Shown here one piece after another: positions 51,038-56,871 of a stretch of 56,871 nt of DNA. The position numbers and the translations under genes are program-made. The notes under the pieces were generated by a model. That model saw only the letters and a program-made list of their open reading frames with translations, did no database searches and was not told the DNA's origin. The DNA lies in NCBI GenBank assembly GCA_937958705.1, contig CALGNJ010000007.1:1-56871 (forward strand), in the 5' to 3' direction. Each line of letters opens with the position of its first letter. The first letter of the stretch is position 1. Source of the DNA: Minisyncoccota bacterium (GTDB lineage Bacteria; Patescibacteriota; Minisyncoccia; Phycocordibacterales; GCA-2747955).

Positions 51038-53857
51038 TTATTGCTGTTGTAAGAGATGTATAGCTTCTTGTAGCTCTTTAATTTCTTTTTGTTGCTGTTT
51101 TGTTACTTCAAGTAATGGGACAACCAACTGCGCATAGTCGACAGCCTTATACCCATCACTACCAGTCACTACCGCTTCGGGATAGAGAGCTTCTACCTCT
51201 TGGGCGATCACTCCAAAATCTTTCTCACCAGAATCTTTCCAGAAGAACTCGTAAGTACCTACATCCATAATGTCTCGTGCACGATTTGCAAAGCTAGCAA
51301 ATCTGGTCTTAAGCCGTCTGTCAGAAGAGTAGATAAATGCATCAGCAGAAGCATCACCGTCTACATCAAGTTCGTATGATGCCGAAGTTGCCCCAATCGC
51401 AACATTATCACCATCTATATAAGTTGTTGCACCTCCATCTGTCCACAAGCCAGAACCTGATAATAAAGGTCCTAGGTCGACTGTCTGTGCCACCTCACCA
51501 TCATCTTCGAGAGAAAGAGAAAGTGTGTTTCCAGAAAGAGAGAAAGAGTCAATTGTTTGATCATCAGAACCAGCGCTTGAGAATAAACTCGATAAATCAA
51601 CTGGTGTTCCATCTCCTGTTAATGAAAGCGTTGAGCCAGAGAGAGACAGATCTTGCGCATCAGTATTATCTAATAACGAAGCGAGCGAGACTGTCTGTGC
51701 CACCTCACCATCATCTTCGAGAGAAAGAGAAAGTGTGTTTCCAGAAAGAGAGAAAGAGTCAATTGTTTGATCATCAGAACCAGCACCTCCTGCTACTGCT
51801 GTTGCAATATCATTCGCTGTTGAACAATTAGTTCCATTCTGATCACAATATTCTGTGGCTCCGACTCCTCCCTCAATGTCGAGCCTTAGGGTTCCATCTG
51901 GAGTTGGGTCTCCGATTCCAACAGAACCACTAGACTCAATCACAAATTCAGGTCCATTTCCATTTGCTAACGAAAAAGAGTTATTAATCTTGTACGAATC
52001 GTCAGTCCCATCAATCCCAGCTGACCAGAATCTTGCAGCTGCTCCTGTTCCGGTTCGATACAGAGAAGAAGCATCTCTAGTTCCTGTATTATCATTTGTG
52101 TATGCGTAAAATCGTGAAGATAATGTGGTTCCTACAGCATCCACACTAACAGTTGACCCGTCATTAGAATAGAAGCTCGTAGCACTACCATTAAACGAGA
52201 AGGCTAAATTATTATCAGAGAAAAATTGTAAAACACCACTACTACTTTGGCGGATTCCCGTGTCTGAATCACCAAAAGCAAGGGCCTTCCCATTATCAAA
52301 TGTGTTTGCTGGGATTGCCCCGATTCCAACAGAACCTCCGGAAATATATAGGTCTGAGGCATCGTCTAGCGTTAAGTCGAGTCTTGACCCTCCGTTACCC
52401 CACCCTAAATATCCACCTCGTGAACCTGAAGCATCTGTAAAGTTTATATATCCATAATTACTTTCACTTGAAGATCTGGAAAATATCTGTCCATCTGTTC
52501 CACTCAGCACAACATTACCGTCTATCAAAATACCCCCGTCAAATATACCGGCGCCTGATGCTCCAAGAGTTCCAACTCCTGCGATATTATTTCCGTTCAT
52601 ATTCAAGTTTTGTGTTGCTGTGTGATTTCCTAAATCATCCCCAGATGCTGCATTTGCAATCTGAGCTGCAGTTGAACAGTTTAGTCCTGATCCGTCACAA
52701 TAGCTTGTTGCAGCAATATTTCCTGCAACATCTAAGAGTGCACCTCCATCTGGGTCTACATCCCCAATACCTACAGCACCTCCAGTTATATAAAATATGT
52801 CTGCAGTATCTAGTCGCAAATCAAGCCTGTCAGCACCATTACCAAACCCAATATACCCACCCCTATCTTCAGTACTATCTAAAAAGTTTAAATACCCATA
52901 AGTCGACGGGTTCTGGGACTGCACCCATATTCGATCTCCAGTTCCACTCACGACAACTCGATTATTATCAGCAACAAGACCTCCTTGTGCTCGTACCGGT
53001 CCTGTTGTAACAAGACTCAATGCTCCAAGAATTGCGTTACCATTTAAATCAAGAGATTGTGTTGCTATATGATTTCCTAAATTGTCTGCAGAAACAGCTG
53101 CAGAGCTAAAACAGTTTAATCCATCCTGATCACAATACTGAAACGCACCGACCCGCCCTGCAACATCTAGTCGTAGTCCGGGAGATGAGCTTGTAGCACC
53201 AATAGCTACATTCCCTGAGGATCTATACACATTCCCTGAGCTCTCTGACCAGAACCCTATATCTCCAGTTGGTGGATTTGCATCAGTCACGACCGTATCT
53301 GCCGTAAAACAATTTGTCCCGTTCTCATCACAGTACTCCGTTGCTCCAACTAATCCCTCAACATCAAGCTGGAGCCCAGCACTCGGAGTAATGTTTGCCC
53401 CCACCCCCACTTGTCCATTTGCTTGTATCAGAAAACGACTAGCAGGCGTAGTCCCAGTAGTAAACACAAAGTCACCTGAGTCGCCTGTATTCCTAAAAGA
53501 AAAGGTATTCCCCGTAGTATTATTAATATTTGGTGATCCTGTACCGAAAAAGTTTATTTCAAAGGCATTTGCCCCATCTGTATTAATATTTAAACGATTA
53601 TTGAACGTGGTTGTACCCTGAAAAATAGAACCTCCATTGACAATCAGTGATCCGAGAGAAATACCCCCTGTCTTTACTTGTCCGGTGGCAGAATCGTTTA
53701 ATGGAGGATTAGTATTGCCCCCTGGAGCTGCTTGTGTTGGGTTATTCCATGCAGCCTGTATAACCGATGCTCCCGACAAAGCAGCCATCAATACAATTGC
53801 TATCCCAACAGCCGGCTTGATTGTTTGCTTTAGAAGTGTATTTGTGAGGGTATTCAT
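51038..53857 (-). CDS. Large secreted tail-fibre-like protein with a C-terminal peptidase-S74 intramolecular chaperone domain
   Basis: Signal peptide after Met at 53857, four YCDxxGxNC modules, DDQTIDSFSLSGNTLSLSLEDDG repeats and a C-terminal SDRRLK...GVIAQEVE...VDY..L motif. Confidence 0.85.
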   Translation of the reverse strand: MNTLTNTLLKQTIKPAVGIAIVLMAALSGASVIQAAWNNPTQAAPGGNTNPPLNDSATGQVKTGGISLGSLIVNGGSIFQGTTTFNNRLNINTDGANAFEINFFGTGSPNINNTTGNTFSFRNTGDSGDFVFTTGTTPASRFLIQANGQVGVGANITPSAGLQLDVEGLVGATEYCDENGTNCFTADTVVTDANPPTGDIGFWSESSGNVYRSSGNVAIGATSSSPGLRLDVAGRVGAFQYCDQDGLNCFSSAAVSADNLGNHIATQSLDLNGNAILGALSLVTTGPVRAQGGLVADNNRVVVSGTGDRIWVQSQNPSTYGYLNFLDSTEDRGGYIGFGNGADRLDLRLDTADIFYITGGAVGIGDVDPDGGALLDVAGNIAATSYCDGSGLNCSTAAQIANAASGDDLGNHTATQNLNMNGNNIAGVGTLGASGAGIFDGGILIDGNVVLSGTDGQIFSRSSSESNYGYINFTDASGSRGGYLGWGNGGSRLDLTLDDASDLYISGGSVGIGAIPANTFDNGKALAFGDSDTGIRQSSSGVLQFFSDNNLAFSFNGSATSFYSNDGSTVSVDAVGTTLSSRFYAYTNDNTGTRDASSLYRTGTGAAARFWSAGIDGTDDSYKINNSFSLANGNGPEFVIESSGSVGIGDPTPDGTLRLDIEGGVGATEYCDQNGTNCSTANDIATAVAGGAGSDDQTIDSFSLSGNTLSLSLEDDGEVAQTVSLASLLDNTDAQDLSLSGSTLSLTGDGTPVDLSSLFSSAGSDDQTIDSFSLSGNTLSLSLEDDGEVAQTVDLGPLLSGSGLWTDGGATTYIDGDNVAIGATSASYELDVDGDASADAFIYSSDRRLKTRFASFANRARDIMDVGTYEFFWKDSGEKDFGVIAQEVEALYPEAVVTGSDGYKAVDYAQLVVPLLEVTKQQQKEIKELQEAIHLLQQQ
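51479..51574. repeat. 96-bp exact repeat unit 1 inside the tail-fibre-like gene
   Basis: Identical to 51689-51784, period 210 bp, in frame. Confidence 0.9.
51689..51784. repeat. 96-bp exact repeat unit 2
   Basis: Identical to 51479-51574. Confidence 0.9.
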
Positions 53858-54143
53858 GATGTAGAAAAAACTAACGAGAATCAGGCGCATAACATAACTA
53901 GTAGGTATACTGCCGATTTGTAATATGTATTTTATAATACGTTTTTTAAAGTTTGTTTGCAATACAAAGGGTGAGTAACTACCTACATAACCCTGTCAGA
54001 AAATGAATTGTATTTTTTATAAAAATTGATATGATGTATCTATAGTTACGTTCACCTTTTGGTGGGCGTTTCTCTTTATCACTCAAAGAAAATGGTGCGA
54101 AGGCTTTGCCTTCGCACCCACATAACAATATAAATATAGAACC

Positions 54144-55469
54144 ATGTTCGATTTAAAACAAATACATCTAGTACTTGCTCAACTAGAAGAAGAAAAAGGA
54201 GTAAAAAAAGACCAAATCATTGAAGCAATTGAATCTGCTCTTGCTTCAGCATACAAAAAAGAGTTTGGTAAAAAGGGACAACTAGTCACCTGTTCATTCA
54301 ACTTTGAAACAGGTGAAACTGATTTTAAACAAGTAAAGAAAGTAATGGACCCAGAAATGGTTCTTATGATTGAAGAAGACGAAGCGATGCCAGAACAAGA
54401 ACACCTTGCTGAAGAAGACCGAAAAGTGCGATTTAATGCTGAGCAACACATGTTTGTAGAGCAAGCCAGGCTTATCAAGGCTGATGCAGCAATCGGAGAT
54501 GAACTTATCTTCCCACTTGAGAACAAAACTGACTTTGGACGAATCGCCGCGATGACAGCAAAACAAGTAATCATCCAAAAAATTCGTGAAGCCGAGAAAG
54601 GATTCTTGTCTGAGAAGTTTGGAGACAAACAAGGAGAGATTGTTTCTGGAACAGTTCAGCGAGTTGAGAGAGGAAACATCTTCGTTGATCTTGGAAAAGC
54701 AGAAGGATCTATTCCCTTTGCAGAACAGATTAAATCAGAGCGATACAAAACAGGTGACCGGATCTCTGGATACCTATTTAATGTAGACGATGGTGGTCGT
54801 GGAGTGTTCTTGCGAGTTTCGCGTACTCACCCACAATTTTTACAAAAACTTTTTGAACGAGAAGTGCCAGAATTACTAGAAGGAACTATTGAAATCAAAG
54901 GAATAGCACGTGAGCCAGGATTCCGTTCAAAGGTTGCTGTATTTTCAACTGATCCAGAAGTAGACCCAATTGGTGCACTAGTTGGTCAAAACGGATCACG
55001 AGTTCAAACAGTTACATCAGAACTGTCTGGAGAACGGATCGACATTATCGAGTGGTCAGAAGACATGGATGACTTTATCCGTCAGGCTCTATCACCTGCT
55101 GAGATTTTGAATGTTGAAATTACAGAATCAGGAGATGACAAACTTTGTAAAGTACAAGTTGCTGAAGACCAATTCTCTCTCGCGATTGGACGAGGTGGTC
55201 AGAATGTCCGCCTAGCAGCACGACTTACTGGGTTCAAGATTGATATTGAACAATTAGACGCAATGGGAAATGTTATTGACCAAGAAGCACGTAAAGCTGA
55301 GCGTGAAGCTGAGCGAGTTGCGGCCGAAGCATCTGAAGCTGACGCACAAGCAAGTGCAGAGGTTGAAGAAGAAATGCCAACAGAAGACACCGTTGATACT
55401 GAGTCTGAGATTACAGAAACACTCGTTGCTGATTCAGCACCTGAAGTATCTGAAGATAATGTTGCGTAA
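54144..55469 (+). CDS. nusA: Transcription termination/antitermination factor NusA
   Basis: N-terminal domain, S1 (GEIVSGTVQRVERGNIFVDLG), two KH domains and an acidic tail. Confidence 0.95.
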   Translation: MFDLKQIHLVLAQLEEEKGVKKDQIIEAIESALASAYKKEFGKKGQLVTCSFNFETGETDFKQVKKVMDPEMVLMIEEDEAMPEQEHLAEEDRKVRFNAEQHMFVEQARLIKADAAIGDELIFPLENKTDFGRIAAMTAKQVIIQKIREAEKGFLSEKFGDKQGEIVSGTVQRVERGNIFVDLGKAEGSIPFAEQIKSERYKTGDRISGYLFNVDDGGRGVFLRVSRTHPQFLQKLFEREVPELLEGTIEIKGIAREPGFRSKVAVFSTDPEVDPIGALVGQNGSRVQTVTSELSGERIDIIEWSEDMDDFIRQALSPAEILNVEITESGDDKLCKVQVAEDQFSLAIGRGGQNVRLAARLTGFKIDIEQLDAMGNVIDQEARKAEREAERVAAEASEADAQASAEVEEEMPTEDTVDTESEITETLVADSAPEVSEDNVA

Positions 55470-55607
55470 CAAATATGTGAGGCGAATGCCGAAACATAAT
55501 TTGTATACGCAACTTACGTCAAATTAATTAAAATAATGAGTGTAACGAATATATTTTAATAATTGTGACGAGAGTTGAGCTAGAAATAAAAAAGAGCACA
55601 TAACATA

Positions 55608-55638
55608 AAGAGCGGGCCTTCGGCCCGCTCTTTTTGTC
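55608..55638 (+). terminator. Intrinsic terminator (agagcgggcc-ttc-ggcccgctct plus T-run)
   Basis: Same stem as 26792-26822. Confidence 0.8.
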
Positions 55639-55792
55639 CCCAACTTTTTTAAACGTTTCTTTTCTTTGACCAAACAAGCCCCGTTCGAGCATATCTTAAT
55701 CTCAAGAATAATTTAATCTTCTGCTCTGGATGCTCTATACACCTAGATACATATAGCAAACTTAGATTAAATTTATACCACGAATTAAATAC

Positions 55793-55821
55793 TTGACAAG
55801 TTTATTTTTTTCGTATATACT
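55793..55821 (+). promoter_or_regulatory. Consensus sigma-70 promoter TTGACA-17-TATACT
   Basis: -35 box at 55793-55798, 17-nt spacer and -10 box at 55816-55821. Confidence 0.7.
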
Positions 55822-55828
55822 CTTTCTT

Positions 55829-56150
55829 GATGAGAGCGGTTCGCGCCTCATCTGTGACCGTATGGTCGATTTTGAAAGGTAGTATCATGAAAAACGGCAA
55901 GTTCACCGAACCAATCACGGACACGTTCCGTTCCGGTAGTTTCAACCCACTTTTTCTTTCTTTGACGGGTCCGGCCGGCGCAGTCGCAATGGCGGCAGAC
56001 GCTGAGCCCGACAATCCCGGCGCAGGCGGCGTCACCTTCGGTTAACGCGCAATGAGCGCAAGGAGAAAATACTTACTCGAGGCTAGTAACCTCACGTTGA
56101 CTCTTGCACGGTCAACACAGAAAGCTCTACTATCCAGTGGGGCTTTTTTC
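55829..56150 (+). ncRNA. Unidentified GC-rich transcription unit: a structured ncRNA candidate, or alternatively an mRNA for a 52-aa Gly/Ala/Pro-rich peptide (55887-56045)
   Basis: 5' hairpin GATGAG..CTCATC. 58 of 78 nt are G/C in 55964-56041. Several GC hairpins. Weak terminator agctc/gggct plus T6. Confidence 0.4.
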
Positions 56151-56166
56151 TTATAAAAATTTTCTT

Positions 56167-56175
56167 TGCTATAAT
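56167..56175 (+). promoter_or_regulatory. Extended -10 element TGCTATAAT for ppa
   Basis: Read directly from the sequence, ~36 nt upstream of the ATG. Confidence 0.5.
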
Positions 56176-56210
56176 CTTTCCATTATATAACCTTTCTAAA
56201 TAAAAGACCC

Positions 56211-56735
56211 ATGAACCTACTACACGATATTCCAGCTGGTACACCCGACGTCATGAACGTTATCATCGAGATCCCAAAAAACTCAAAGAATAAATACGAA
56301 ATTGACAAAGAAACAGGGATGATTGCCCTAGACCGTGTAATGCACACAGCACAAGACTATCCATTTGATTACGGATTTGTACCACAAACATTATTTGATG
56401 ATGGTGATGCTCTTGATGTAGTAGTTATGACTACCTATCCGCTCGCTCCAGGAATCTTAGTGCGATGTCGTCCAGTAGCAATCATGGGAATGGTCGACGG
56501 AGGTGAACAAGACGACAAAGTTATCGCGGTTCCAACCGATGACCCCAGATTTGATGAAATTACTGATCTTGCCGACCTTAACAAACACTTCTTAAAAGAA
56601 ATGGAGCATTTCTTCGCAACGTACAAAAAGATTCAAAATAAATCCGTTGAAGTAACTGGTTTCAAAGGAAGATCTGAAGCAATGAACGCATTTGAAAAAT
56701 CAGTAGAAATGTACAACAACGATAAAAGCTCATAA
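56211..56735 (+). CDS. ppa: Inorganic pyrophosphatase (family I)
   Basis: YPFDYGFVPQT..DDGDALDVVV and GEQDDKVIAV motifs. Confidence 0.95.
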   Translation: MNLLHDIPAGTPDVMNVIIEIPKNSKNKYEIDKETGMIALDRVMHTAQDYPFDYGFVPQTLFDDGDALDVVVMTTYPLAPGILVRCRPVAIMGMVDGGEQDDKVIAVPTDDPRFDEITDLADLNKHFLKEMEHFFATYKKIQNKSVEVTGFKGRSEAMNAFEKSVEMYNNDKSS

Positions 56736-56763
56736 ATCGCTAGTAGACAAAGCGCTATGCGTA

Positions 56764-56793
56764 AAAAGAGCGGTGCAGAGCATCGCTCTTTTG
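56764..56793 (+). terminator. Intrinsic terminator after ppa
   Basis: aaaagagcg/cgctctttt hairpin. Confidence 0.7.
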
Positions 56794-56871
56794 ATTAAAA
56801 ATTATTTCTAATAAGTACGCTATACTTATACCTGTCTCGCGCAGATAGACCGACTCCCCTTCTATCGGGAT

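Noticed and set aside
51337-53864. Plus-strand ORFs of 65-180 aa, and repeats that could suggest a CRISPR-like array.
   Set aside because: The ORFs are antisense shadows of the 939-aa gene. The 96-bp repeats are in-frame coding duplications with a 114-bp coding spacer. They are not short palindromic repeats with unique spacers, and no cas genes are present.
51038-53962. Prophage or tailocin region.
   Set aside because: Only one phage-like gene is present, and it is flanked by rny and nusA. No other structural, replication or lysis genes are in the window.
55829-56150. GC-rich unit as tmRNA, RNase P RNA, SRP RNA or a riboswitch for ppa.
   Set aside because: None of the following are present:
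- A GGGG...ACCA tRNA-like ends or T-arm.
- The GAGGAAAGUCC/ACAGAA..GGCUUA P4 pair.
- The GUCAGGUCCGGAAGGAAGCAGC SRP core.

ppa has its own promoter after the T6 run. The identity is left open rather than assigned.
1-56871. Alternative genetic code (UGA recoded, as in some CPR lineages).
   Set aside because: UGA terminates well-defined genes, for example the RAYT-like ORF at 1962-1964 and the 20782-21633 gene. Long conserved genes (dnaE, thrS, rny, nusA) are intact under code 11.

Overview
The window is a compact, AT-leaning bacterial chromosome segment that uses the standard genetic code: TGA acts as a stop in well-supported genes. The gene content and architecture suggest a small-genome Patescibacteria/CPR-like organism, but that is inference only.

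Housekeeping genes are rnhB, truB, mreBC, dnaE, thrS, mnmA, pepA, rpsT, ruvA, rny, nusA and ppa. There are three tRNAs: Ser-GGA, Ser-TGA and Arg-GCG. I found no rRNA and no CRISPR array.

Accessory content:
- **RAYT loci.** Two divergent IS200-like/REP-associated tyrosine transposase (RAYT) genes, each bracketed by its own hairpin repeats.
- **Repeat families.** An ~85-nt structured 3'-UTR repeat present three times with compensatory stem changes. A 36-bp perfect palindrome bracketing a PaaX/Cas2-fold gene. 26-bp direct repeats bracketing a 61-aa ORF. Duplicated fragments of the tRNA-Ser 3' end.
- **Light-response island.** Polyprenyl synthase, crtB, crtI and a UbiA prenyltransferase, plus two photolyase-family genes and an untracked DUF2256 zinc-ribbon micro-ORF. 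One photolyase-family gene looks like FeS-BCP/COG3046 but lacks the Fe-S cysteines.
- **Envelope methionine-sulfoxide repair operon.** msrAB, a DipZ-C-like redoxin, ccdA and a Met-rich thioredoxin.
- **Orphan antitoxin.** A Phd/YefM antitoxin with TGTACA operator repeats and no toxin partner.
- **Voltage sensor.** A stand-alone voltage-sensor-domain protein.
- **Tail-fibre-like protein.** A 939-aa surface protein with a peptidase-S74 chaperone domain and a perfect 96-bp internal duplication.
- **Unidentified GC-rich unit.** A ~320-nt GC-rich transcription unit between nusA and ppa, driven by a consensus promoter.

Many intrinsic terminators are visible, and some are reused as identical modules.
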